Shown here: positions 28,509-39,100 of the stretch, in pieces | Layout of the letters: every line of letters begins with the position of its first letter | How positions within the stretch are numbered: the stretch's first letter is position 1 | From: an uncultured virus (IMG/VR IMGVR_UViG_3300020183_000051) | Lineage: Duplodnaviria > Heunggongvirae > Uroviricota > Caudoviricetes | Length of the DNA stretch: 64,000 bases | IMG/VR virus record: IMGVR_UViG_3300020183_000051 | Strand: one strand, 5' to 3' | Translations under genes and position numbers: made by a program | The notes under the pieces: generated by a model | Database searches by the model: none | Told to the model about the DNA's origin: nothing | What the model saw: only the letters and a program-made list of their open reading frames with translations

Positions 28509-31172
28509 TTATATATTTGAATAATACGGTATATAAATATCTGATCCATTTACATTCGCTCTAATATATCCAGACGCAGTTCTGGCAGACTGACCGAAAT
28601 TAGAAGCGGTAAAATTATTATTATGCCCATGATTAAACACAAAATAACCGAGACTGCTGGTTTTAGCATAACTACTTGTTCCAAATAAATTTCCGCTAAT
28701 TGAGTTACTGGCACTGATGTTGCTTGCTGTTAAATTGATGAAGTTGCCTATCGGCGACGTAATTAATGTGGTGCCATGTAACTTGCTACCACTGATTAAG
28801 TTACTGGCACTGATGTTGCTTGCTGTTAAATTGATGAAGTTGCCTATCGGCGACGTAATTAATGTGGTGCCATGTAACGTGCTACCACTGATTAAGTTAC
28901 TGGCACTGATGTTGCTTGCTGTTAAATTGATGAAGTTGCCTATCGGCGACGTAATTAATGTGGTGCCATGTAACGTGCTACCACTGATTGCACCGCTAGC
29001 ACTGATGCCTCCATCTTTTATATATTGAGAACCTGTTAAATAAAAAGATCCAGACAACTTCATATAAGTTTCATTTCCCGATTTTTCCACTTGAAAAAAT
29101 CTAGCCCCATTAAGGCTGCCCATTATCACATCAAAGCTTTCTATAACAGATAAAGTTGCCGCTTGGCCATCGCGAGATGCGCTAAAACTTATTTTTCCTG
29201 ATCCGGATCCGATAAGATTGAGTACAGTTTCAGCATTTGCATTAACAACGCCCGAGATATTTCTAAATAAAGTTTCGCCGGATTTATCCACGGCTATAAT
29301 CTTGTTTAAATCGGAATATATAGAATTATTATTAATATCCAACAACTCCGATTTTATTTCAAATTGTTCGTTTTTAATTGTGACGGGACAGGAAATTCTT
29401 GTAAAAAAAGAATCAGTAGAAAATCCACGTTCTGCATGAGACTTCAAAGAAAGATTATCCAATCTAAATTTTTTAATGTTTACAGGAACAATTACGATAG
29501 TACCAACATAATCGTTTAAAAAATACAATTCGTTAAAATCTTTTTTAGTAAATCTTTTAAAATTAGTTCCTATTGGTAAAACATATTGATGTAAAATTAA
29601 TCCTTTATCCACCGAATAATTTTTTTCTACTATCGCAGATGAAGTGTTGTAGGAGCCAGTAAAATAAAATAATAGCTTACTTTCTAAAGATGCAGAGATT
29701 TTTTCAATTTCTAAATTAGCCGAGAATAAATAATCAGCATTTTTATATAATTTTATAAAATTAGAATCATATGATGATCCTGTTTGAATTAAAAATGATG
29801 CATCGTCATAGTCTATATATGATGAAGAATGTTCATTTTTAGTTTTCAAAGACGTGTCATTTTTTATGATGATGTATCTAGATTGGTCAAGATTCAAATC
29901 TTTTATATTACACACAAGAGAATTTAAAACTTCAACCGAACTGTGTGACAGTGATAAATCTGAAGAACTTGTATAATAATATCTATTTATGTGGTCTAAA
30001 TTATAAAATTCTCCTATATTTGAATAAAATCGGTTGATCGTGGAGGTATCGGCTATAAATTCTTTTTCCAACAACGGTTCATCCGCAATACATTCAAAAT
30101 CAGAGGCTTTATTTAAACTTCGTCTATAAATTTTGTGACGATGAACTTTTCCTGTAAGAGTTTTTAAATTTTTATAAGTTACATCTAAAAATGATTCTTT
30201 TAAAAATTTAGTTTCACCTTCTATTTGTTGATTTAAAAAAACAGTCGGAGCAGGAGTTCCATCTCCACTTCCTGTAAGACCCGATGAAGTGATATATATA
30301 TTCGAAAAGAATTTATGATTAAAAGACGCGGAAATAATTGGCACAACTTGATTAACGGTGTTTATTTTATATATAAATGGTCTATCTAATTGCAATTCAA
30401 AATTATTTATTACGTTTTTTACATTAAAAGACTCTGTGATATTTAACGAAGCTGTTTTTAATACATTATTATCTAAATAAGCTATTTCTTTTATATTAAG
30501 AATTATTTCATTATTTATATTATCTTTAGAAAATAAGTTTAAAAAATTCACAGAAGAAGTATCTATATAACGTAATCGATAATCGGAATCAAATTTAGTA
30601 AAATCTATAGATTTAATATCTGAATATGCTTTTGGAAAATTACTATAACAATATATATTTCCTGAAATTTCATTAATAAATTGTTGCTGTTGAGAGATAT
30701 TTTGATTTAAAATAAATGACAAAAATTCAGAAATCTCAATTTTTGGATCCTGGAAAAACACTACTCTAGAAGAGTTTTCTAATTTAGAGTTTATTTTTAT
30801 ATTTGTAGACCATCGAACTGACTTCCCATCTACCGTTGTTCCAAGTAATGTTACTGTGCCAAACCCAATAGGCGTAGATTCATATACATGTACGCCAACG
30901 ATCAAATCTGTAGTATCTAAATATTTGAAATAACCACTTTTTGCAGTTTCATAATATAAAACGTTATTTTCAGAGTCGACAATTTCTAATAATATTGCCG
31001 CGTTAGGTTTTAATTTATTCGAACCATTTATAGTAAAAAAGTTTTTTCCTGATGTCAATGTATAACCCAAGTCCGACACAATAAAATAGTCGGATCTATA
31101 AGATTTGTCGATGATATCCACATCACGACTTAATAAATTGTATACTGTTCCCTTTTTGTTACCACCATGCAT
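28509..31172 (-). CDS. Large virion (tail/baseplate) protein with C-terminal 32-aa repeats
   Basis: S/T/G-rich 887 aa; fibre-like SASxxISGS repeats; YIPYY end; TATTTATA upstream. Confidence 0.55.
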   Translation of the reverse strand: MHGGNKKGTVYNLLSRDVDIIDKSYRSDYFIVSDLGYTLTSGKNFFTINGSNKLKPNAAILLEIVDSENNVLYYETAKSGYFKYLDTTDLIVGVHVYESTPIGFGTVTLLGTTVDGKSVRWSTNIKINSKLENSSRVVFFQDPKIEISEFLSFILNQNISQQQQFINEISGNIYCYSNFPKAYSDIKSIDFTKFDSDYRLRYIDTSSVNFLNLFSKDNINNEIILNIKEIAYLDNNVLKTASLNITESFNVKNVINNFELQLDRPFIYKINTVNQVVPIISASFNHKFFSNIYITSSGLTGSGDGTPAPTVFLNQQIEGETKFLKESFLDVTYKNLKTLTGKVHRHKIYRRSLNKASDFECIADEPLLEKEFIADTSTINRFYSNIGEFYNLDHINRYYYTSSSDLSLSHSSVEVLNSLVCNIKDLNLDQSRYIIIKNDTSLKTKNEHSSSYIDYDDASFLIQTGSSYDSNFIKLYKNADYLFSANLEIEKISASLESKLLFYFTGSYNTSSAIVEKNYSVDKGLILHQYVLPIGTNFKRFTKKDFNELYFLNDYVGTIVIVPVNIKKFRLDNLSLKSHAERGFSTDSFFTRISCPVTIKNEQFEIKSELLDINNNSIYSDLNKIIAVDKSGETLFRNISGVVNANAETVLNLIGSGSGKISFSASRDGQAATLSVIESFDVIMGSLNGARFFQVEKSGNETYMKLSGSFYLTGSQYIKDGGISASGAISGSTLHGTTLITSPIGNFINLTASNISASNLISGSTLHGTTLITSPIGNFINLTASNISASNLISGSKLHGTTLITSPIGNFINLTASNISASNSISGNLFGTSSYAKTSSLGYFVFNHGHNNNFTASNFGQSARTASGYIRANVNGSDIYIPYYSNI
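28705..28992 (-). repeat. Three near-identical 96-bp tandem repeats
   Basis: ttactggcactgatgttgcttgctg... at 28705, 28801 and 28897. Confidence 0.95.
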
Positions 31173-31201
31173 ATTTTATAATACCTATAAATAGGTATCA
31201 A

Positions 31202-34200
31202 TCATATGAATTTAACGGAAGAAAATCCATCTATTTTGTTTATTTCTAAATGATTATCTACTGCATCTTTCATTGAGTCTATATGTGAGATCACTAAAAT
31301 AAAATCAAAACTATTTTTTAATATAGAAAATAGAGGGCTAACCGCCGAAAGATTTGTTCCATCCATTGTTCCCCACCCCTCATCGACGGCTATAAAGTTC
31401 GGCCTGGGTAAATTTGATACATTTATCAATGCAACTCTTATCGCTAAAGATGTTAAAAATTTTTCTAAACCACTAGATAACTCTAACGCCCACTTTTTAT
31501 CATTGTAAACCAAATATGTCATAACATTTTTTCCATCGGTTTGTATATTAACAGAAAATTCTACTATCTGATTTAATATCGAGTTTACTTCTTTTTCTAT
31601 AACAGGTACTATATTGGTAATCAATTCAAATGGGATGCCGTCACGAGAAACTGACTGAACATACAACGTATATGCATCTATTTTTTTCTGAATTGTTTTT
31701 ATTTTTTCTATGGCAGATTTTTTATATAACAAATCTTTTTCTATAGCTGTAATTTTTGAAGATAAAAAAACAAGTTCATCTGTATTTCTTTTTATATCTA
31801 TTCCCAACGTTTTAATTTTCCCTTGAATATCTCGCATGTTTTTATCTATCAGTTGATTGTGTTTTATATTTGATTCTTGTTCAAAGTAGTTTTTAAGATC
31901 AATTTCAACCTTTTCTAATTTAGATCCGATTATTTGTATATTATTATCTAATTTCAAAATATTATTAGTTAATACACCACACTCGGTTTCTGTTTTTAAT
32001 TTGCTATTTTTTAATAACTCATATTTGTTATATAACTCCGAGACATCATTTAATTCTTGAATTTGAATATTTAGTTCGTTGTAATCTTTAATAATTTGGT
32101 CCGCTTCAATTTTATCTTGACCCAAAGAATTTTGAGCTTCAATTGCATCTTTTACAAAACTATTATTAATACAATATTTGCAATTCGGATCATATTGATG
32201 TGATTTTAATTTATGTATTTTATCTACCTTAGATGTTATGAAAATTTTTTTCTTTTCAATCTCGTGTTTTAAATTAGAAAGTTTGTTTTTTAATTCTATA
32301 AGTTGTTGATGTTTTACTGTTACATCAGAAGACTCTATTTGTTTAATTTCTAAATCTAATTTTTCTTTTTCCGACATTAACTCAACAAATTTATTTTCTT
32401 GTAAATTTTTTGTAGATTTCAATTTTGAAATGTCTGAATTCAAGGTTTGACTTTCAGACTGCATTTTGATTAGATTGGTGGCGATAGACGAATCTAATTT
32501 AACTAACTTCTTAGTTTCTTCCAATAGATTTTCATCTTCATTTTGTTTTGTTTTATTAAACTCATCAAGTTTTTTTCGGATCGAGACTAAATTTGTTTTT
32601 AAATTTTCTAAATCAACTTCCATATCGGCAATAATATTTTGATCGATATCTTTATTTAAAGATTTTAATTCGATTGATAGTTCCTTCAATGCGTCGGATG
32701 ATTTTTGATACAACATGTCAAAAATATTTATTCCCATAAACTGAGAAATCAAATCTTTACGTTCTGTTTGTCCCATATCTACAAAAGTTCCGCTTTTATT
32801 GTTTTGAATAGACAGTACTGTTAAAATAAAATCTTCATAAGATCCCAAATAGTCACGAATCATATCGTTAGTACTTCTGCGAGCTTCTCCATTTAATTCT
32901 ATAATTTTTTTGTCTTCTTCTTTCCAAAATTTCACATCAACTTTCACATTTCCTTTTTTATCTGATTTGCCCGATCTTTCTATAAAATAATCAACCTTAT
33001 CTATTTCAAAATTAAATTTACAATTAAAACCTACCTTTTGTGAATTTAATATGTGAGAAGCCTTAAAGGCTCTGTCACATTTGTCAAATATACAAAAACT
33101 CAACGCCGATAATATAGAAGATTTTCCTGATGCATTTGAAGCAAATAATCCCACGGTATCTTTCATCTTTGAAAAGTCAATTACATTATTTTCACCGTAA
33201 CTAAACATATTGCTAAACTCAAATTTTTTAGGTTTCCATCGAATATTTCTGGTTAATTTATCTCTGTCAATGTTTTGATTATAGTGTTTATTTATTTCAA
33301 ATATATTTTCAAACATTTCTTCGGATAATTTTTGGTTAGGTAATTGTTTATTTAAATAAGATTTAATAAGCTGGTTTTGATAATCCGCCGACGATAAATC
33401 AGTTAATTTTAAAGAGGTAGAATTTACTATATTTTTTGATAAATGTTGATCCACGTCAACTCTTACATACGTTAATTCAGCTATATCATAATTTTCTTTT
33501 ATCTTAGAAACTATCGACTTTACTTCCGACGAAACCGATTCAAAACATTTAACCCTTAGTCTTGCTTTTTTAGGCAAATTGGATAGATCGGTGACCAATT
33601 TTCCTTTATTAACATCCACAGTATAAAAACCATATTCATTTTCAATGTCCAATTGTTTAAAAGTTTTTTGATTTAAATTCCACATCACATATCCGTGTCC
33701 CAATAATTCTTCACCGTGATTTTGTTGAATTAAACTGCCTGGATATACAATTTTGGTTTTGGTATTTGGAGTTTCCAACACCTGATGTTTGTGAATATCT
33801 CCAACCAACACCAAATCGTGGCCATCAAATAACTCAGGCTTTATCAAACTGTTACTCACATAATATCCCATATCAGTTATTGCCATGTGAATAGATCCGT
33901 GAAATAATCCAATTAAATATTTAGTATCATTTTTATAAATACTTGGGATGTCCGAAGATTTTATATAATTTTCCATCGTATCAAATACAGACATGTGATT
34001 AAACAATATGTCTCCTAAAATAAAGAGGCCAGTATCTTTTAAATAAAACAAATTTTTATGTTGTAACGCATCAATAATTGGACTCAGGCTATCGAGTCTG
34101 TTTTTATTGTTTAATGTAGCATCGTGATTGCCTGCTATGACCACGGTGGGACGAATATCAGCCAGACTTTTTAAAAAATCTGAGGCCAGCTTAACGCATT

Positions 34201-34405
34201 CAGGACTTAAATCCGATTTAGAATGAAATACATCACCCAAAACCGCAATACAGGTGTTAGGAGGAGTTTTATGCGCTACATCATATAGCTTTTTAAATAC
34301 AGACAGATATTCTTCATGTCGTTTTGTTAATCTAATATGTATATCTGCGACGTGTAATATTCCTATAAAATTTTTTACATCACAATTTAATTTAGTTACG
34401 TTCAT
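31202..34405 (-). CDS. Fused Mre11/SbcD nuclease and Rad50/SbcC ATPase (gp47+gp46)
   Basis: DIH, GDVFH, GNHD, GDIH metallophosphoesterase motifs; Walker A ASNASGKSS; coiled coil with CKYC hook; SSGLE; AVDEGWG; VISH. Confidence 0.9.
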   Translation of the reverse strand: MNVTKLNCDVKNFIGILHVADIHIRLTKRHEEYLSVFKKLYDVAHKTPPNTCIAVLGDVFHSKSDLSPECVKLASDFLKSLADIRPTVVIAGNHDATLNNKNRLDSLSPIIDALQHKNLFYLKDTGLFILGDILFNHMSVFDTMENYIKSSDIPSIYKNDTKYLIGLFHGSIHMAITDMGYYVSNSLIKPELFDGHDLVLVGDIHKHQVLETPNTKTKIVYPGSLIQQNHGEELLGHGYVMWNLNQKTFKQLDIENEYGFYTVDVNKGKLVTDLSNLPKKARLRVKCFESVSSEVKSIVSKIKENYDIAELTYVRVDVDQHLSKNIVNSTSLKLTDLSSADYQNQLIKSYLNKQLPNQKLSEEMFENIFEINKHYNQNIDRDKLTRNIRWKPKKFEFSNMFSYGENNVIDFSKMKDTVGLFASNASGKSSILSALSFCIFDKCDRAFKASHILNSQKVGFNCKFNFEIDKVDYFIERSGKSDKKGNVKVDVKFWKEEDKKIIELNGEARRSTNDMIRDYLGSYEDFILTVLSIQNNKSGTFVDMGQTERKDLISQFMGINIFDMLYQKSSDALKELSIELKSLNKDIDQNIIADMEVDLENLKTNLVSIRKKLDEFNKTKQNEDENLLEETKKLVKLDSSIATNLIKMQSESQTLNSDISKLKSTKNLQENKFVELMSEKEKLDLEIKQIESSDVTVKHQQLIELKNKLSNLKHEIEKKKIFITSKVDKIHKLKSHQYDPNCKYCINNSFVKDAIEAQNSLGQDKIEADQIIKDYNELNIQIQELNDVSELYNKYELLKNSKLKTETECGVLTNNILKLDNNIQIIGSKLEKVEIDLKNYFEQESNIKHNQLIDKNMRDIQGKIKTLGIDIKRNTDELVFLSSKITAIEKDLLYKKSAIEKIKTIQKKIDAYTLYVQSVSRDGIPFELITNIVPVIEKEVNSILNQIVEFSVNIQTDGKNVMTYLVYNDKKWALELSSGLEKFLTSLAIRVALINVSNLPRPNFIAVDEGWGTMDGTNLSAVSPLFSILKNSFDFILVISHIDSMKDAVDNHLEINKIDGFSSVKFI

Positions 34406-35357
34406 AAGTTAATTTCAATTTTAACAACTCATCGAAGCTTACAATTTTTGCCGATTTAATTGCTTCCCAAGTTTTCTCAAATCCGATTTCAGACGGGTCT
34501 TTGCCATTTAATGTCACAAATTTAGTTTTAATATCGTTTTTTATTAAAAATTCTAAAATTTTAATAGATTCTTTTACAGCGTCGTTATCTAGTAATAAAT
34601 TTACAGTCAAAACTTTATTTATAATTAACGATTCTTTTAATTTTTTTGACAACGTTTTTCCAAATAAAGGAATGCAATTATATCTCACAGCAAAAGCGTC
34701 AAATACACCTTCCACCAAAGTAATTTCTTGAGAAAAATCTACCAACGATTCAAATCCTATAATATTTTTGCTAAATTCACAATTATTATATTTAAAATTC
34801 ACGTCTTCATAGTAACTTCTACCTATAAAGAAATTTAAAAGATTATCTTTATCAAAAGACGGAACAATAATTCTTTGTCTAAAAATTCCACTTTCACAAT
34901 AGCCAATTTGATAACGATATATATCGTGTTTAGTTACGTTTCTAGACAATAAATATTTTATTGCATTTTTATATTCTATAGAATTTCTATATTCATATAA
35001 AGGAATATATTCTGTAGGCAGTTTTTGTATTTCCGTAGAACTCTCAACGTGTTCTTTGAATAAATTATCGAGATCGATTGCGTCATTTGAAGACAGATTG
35101 TCTGAACGTGAATTTGGTTTTATTAAATTATATAACTCGCAAGATAGATTTAGTTTTTTAAATAAACTTTTAAAACTTGTTCCTGAAAAATTACAAACCC
35201 AGCAGTTATATTTTCCCGTAAGCAAATTTATTTCTAATTTTCTTTTATAATGTTTACAACTTGGACAAAAATAAACCGCATCGGTTCCTTTTCTAATTTT
35301 AGCTTTTTGATTTAAAGCTTTATTTAAAATGCCTACAATCTCATTCTGAAGCAACAT
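34392..35357 (-). CDS. DNA primase (Zn finger plus TOPRIM)
   Basis: CPSC...CWVC; RIIVP...FIGR; LVEGVFDA; LDND; KDPSE. Confidence 0.88.
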   Translation of the reverse strand: MLLQNEIVGILNKALNQKAKIRKGTDAVYFCPSCKHYKRKLEINLLTGKYNCWVCNFSGTSFKSLFKKLNLSCELYNLIKPNSRSDNLSSNDAIDLDNLFKEHVESSTEIQKLPTEYIPLYEYRNSIEYKNAIKYLLSRNVTKHDIYRYQIGYCESGIFRQRIIVPSFDKDNLLNFFIGRSYYEDVNFKYNNCEFSKNIIGFESLVDFSQEITLVEGVFDAFAVRYNCIPLFGKTLSKKLKESLIINKVLTVNLLLDNDAVKESIKILEFLIKNDIKTKFVTLNGKDPSEIGFEKTWEAIKSAKIVSFDELLKLKLTYERN

Positions 35358-35364
35358 ACGTTAT

Positions 35365-35392
35365 AACATAAACTCGAAACTAAATTCGTCAA
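35365..35392 (-). promoter_or_regulatory. Sigma70-like promoter for primase and Mre11-Rad50, probably leaderless
   Basis: Minus strand TTGACG-N16-TATGTT-N7-ATG(35357). Confidence 0.45.
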
Positions 35393-35393
35393 T

Positions 35394-35891
35394 TTAAAAT
35401 AAAGACAACACCATAGCATCATACATGTCCGCATTTCTTTTATCCCAACTTCCTTTAGCGTTTAAAACGTCAAAGTCATGAATCGGATGAATTTTCTCCA
35501 AATATGTTTTTACAAACTCTTTAGATTTCATTCCTTTTTCACGACACTTTCCTATCACTTTTTTTCTAGCCGTATTGACATTTAATAGTTCTAAATCAAC
35601 GTTCCAACGTTCAGTCAAAATATATTCAAATACCGCGTTAAATCTTGATAGAGTTATTATAACTTGTTGAGAAGTAAATCCACCCGCAAAACCACTTAAA
35701 GCCGATTCCAAGTAAATTTTATTTACGGCTGAAAAATTTTTATTTTTTTCTATGTGATTTATTACCAAAAATGATTTATCTTTATATGTGAGGCCAGATT
35801 TTATATTTATAAATCCAGCATCCACAATATTTTTATTTTCAGAAAACGCCCAACCAACGGTTGACGTTGAAGCATCAAAACCTAATACCAT
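35394..35891 (-). CDS. RuvC-like Holliday junction resolvase
   Basis: VLGFDASTSTVGW; IYLES; DMYDA (RNase H fold acidic residues). Confidence 0.8.
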   Translation of the reverse strand: MVLGFDASTSTVGWAFSENKNIVDAGFINIKSGLTYKDKSFLVINHIEKNKNFSAVNKIYLESALSGFAGGFTSQQVIITLSRFNAVFEYILTERWNVDLELLNVNTARKKVIGKCREKGMKSKEFVKTYLEKIHPIHDFDVLNAKGSWDKRNADMYDAMVLSLF

Positions 35892-35912
35892 ATAAGATAT
35901 ATAGTATTATTT

Positions 35913-36182
35913 TTAGGGTTTATATTTTTTATTAGAGAACCCTTTTATAAAAGAAGATAGTTCTTTAGATTTTGTTCCTTGCGCATCTTTGAATTCGCTT
36001 TGATTTAACGGAGCCTTAGTTTTGAATCCTTCAGCCGAGGTGAATGTTTTTTCTTGAAGACTCGTTGGAATTGTCGACGCGCCGGCGGTTTTAGCATCAT
36101 ATGCTCCACCAGTCGTATCCGATAGGTATCTTTTTTCCAGTGGTGTGTCTATTGATTTTCTCTCTATAGGTGTATTTGCCAT
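35913..36182 (-). CDS. Small hypothetical late protein
   Basis: 89-aa ORF with TATTTATA upstream. Confidence 0.6.
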   Translation of the reverse strand: MANTPIERKSIDTPLEKRYLSDTTGGAYDAKTAGASTIPTSLQEKTFTSAEGFKTKAPLNQSEFKDAQGTKSKELSSFIKGFSNKKYKP

Positions 36183-36198
36183 ATATTATAAATATCAT

Positions 36199-39100
36199 TT
36201 AAATATCAAAACGTATTATAAAATTTAAAGGAAATTTTCCTTCGTTTTTTATAGGCGTCCCTAACTTTACCACGCCAATCAAATCTAAGTTATTATATAA
36301 TCCTATAGTGGTAATATATGGAGATAAAAATGACTGTGTAGTAAAATTTGAACTTGTAACATATCGACGATGAAATACATCTTTGATTAGATGTTTATGA
36401 CTTTTGCCAGTAATTGTATCCAAATAGTCCCTAGCCACTGAATATATACTCCGTGAGCTCGTAGATTTACTAGTAGTGAACATTTCATAGTTATCAGCGG
36501 TCAAAGTATCTGCGAAATATTTCCACAGTATAGTTAAATCCATATTATCAGTCAAACCATCTTGGTTTATATCCAAAGTGCTATCTAAATTATTAACAAT
36601 ATAATTATATTCTTCGGTAGTAAGTATAGAATCTGTTAAATTATACAAAGTTTCGTTCTTTATTGATTGTGTTAGATAATATTCAAATTTACTCTTTTCT
36701 ACAACATTTTCAAACCCAATTGGATATTCCAATTGTAACAAATTCCACCACTGTTCATTTCCGTTGAACTTTTTATATATACCCCTCAAAATTTTGTCGC
36801 AGTCTTGAAAATCAAATTTTCCGTTTTTGTTCAAATCCAATTGAATCAAACTTGGAACATGGGCAGTCGGATTTGTAGAATAATTAAACTCGCCTGGACT
36901 CACCGTACAAATTATTTGTTTTTCATACAAAGAAGTTTTGCTGTTATATGAAATATCATAAACTGGTTCATCGTTTACATCGTTATTAAACATATTATCA
37001 AATACAGACGCCGAATTTGAAAATACCATTTTACCATTTCTATAAAACACATTTCCCACATGATGGTGTGATTCAAATTCATTTAAATTAAAAATAGAAA
37101 AATTTCCATGTAAATTTTCCGCGACGTTTTCTTTATCTTCAACTATTTCAATGATTCTATTCGAGTCGGTCAAAGCTATGGGAGATCCCACAATCAAGTT
37201 TTTTTTATGTATAGAAACATCATGTGCAAAAAAGTTAAACGGATAACCAAATCTTTTTCTAGGTTTAAATTTAGCATATATATTGTTCCAATTTTCTTCT
37301 TGTTTATCATATATATAAAACATTCCCAAATAATCATTTTCGGTAAGATCATCACAATCGACTGATTTAAATAAAGTATTTTGTACGTAAGAAGATGAAA
37401 ATTCAGATAAAAACTTGGGACAAGAAATTAAAAGTTTGTCTTCGGAGATGTCTACCGAATGACCAAATCTATTAAACTTAAACGAATCTACATCACCAAA
37501 TAATTTTGTCTCTTTCCAACCCAACTCATTAACTGAACAGGTCGACGGAGTATTATATAAAAAAGTTTCTAAAAACGAACTATCAAAATCACCGTTACGA
37601 GTGATTCTAACTACTCGATTACAATTTTTTCCATTATACTTAGAAAAATCTCCGACAAGAACCATTTTACCATCACTTTGAAAATCAAGATCAAGAATGA
37701 TTGCGTTTGTTGATTCGCCAGGATTAAAACTAGTATCAAGATCACCATTGTTGTGTAGTCGCGCGATCTTATTAATTGATATGCCGTTGAATGTGGTGAA
37801 GGAGCCAATAATCATAATTTTACCGGAGGATGGAACAGTAAAAATTTTATGAATATCTTGACCAGCACCTATTCCTGACCCGACGAAAGAAGTGTCAAAC
37901 GTGCCGTTTTCATTAAGTCGAAATATTCCTCTTTTGGAATAGTTAACCCCATCGATACTAACAGAAGTGAAACTTCCTCCGACAAGTATTTTATTATCGA
38001 TTTGTCCGACTATTGTGTTTACTATGCCTCCTTTACATTTTGCCGTAAAAGTTTGGTCGAGGGTGCCGTCCGAGTTGAGCCGAACGATATGGTCCGTCGT
38101 TACATTGTCGTAAAACGGTAAATGACCTCCGACAAGTATTTTATTGTTTGATAACGGAAGAATAGCACTAATTGCCGGGGCGGGGACAGGCCGACGCTGC
38201 GCAGGCCTAAATGGTCCTGAACCTGTATGTGAAAATGTAGGGTCAATTTCACCCGTGGTGCCGTTTATTCTAGATATGTAATTGCTTCCTGTAGTAGTGT
38301 TGTTGATGACTGACGGCACGGTGCTTTGGCTAAAGTCGTTCCCTCCCCACGCCACCACGGTGCCATCCGACTTCAAGGCCACGGTGTGACGCTCACCCCC
38401 CGCGATGGCCACCACGCCGCTCAGTCCGTCGGGCACGGTGGTTTGGCCAGCGTAGTTGGCTCCCCACGCCACCACGGTGCCATTCGATTTCAAGGCCACG
38501 GTGTGCTCCTCACCCGCCGCGATGGCCACCACGCCGCTCAGGCCGGCGGGCACGGTGGTTTGGCCAGAGCCCCACGCCACCACGGTGCCATCCAACTTCA
38601 AGGCCACGGTGTTATACAAACCCCCCGCGATGGCCACCACGTCGCTCAAAATCTGGCCGTTCAATGTGACCGGATTTGCCGTCGCGGTGTAAGGAGCGGC
38701 GGTTGTTGGTGTGCCGGTAGTTTGGCCAAAGTAGTTGTTTCCCCACGCCACCACGGTGCCATCCGACTTCAAGGCCACGGTGTGATTCTCACCCGCCGCG
38801 ATGGCCACCACGCCGCTCAGGTTGAAGGGCACGGTGGTTTGGCCATAGTCGTTGCTTCCCCACGCCACCACGGTGCCATCCGACTTCAAGGCCACGGTGT
38901 GAGAATTACCCGCCGCGATGGCCACCACGCCGCTCAGGCCGGCGGGCACGGTGCGTTGGTCCACGTTGTTACTTCCCCACGCCACCACGGTGCCATCCGA
39001 CTTCAAGGCCACGGTGTGAGCCCAACCCGCCGCGATGGCCACCACGTTTCTCAAAACCTGGCCGCTCAATGTGACCGGATTTCCCGTCTCGATGTGAGGC

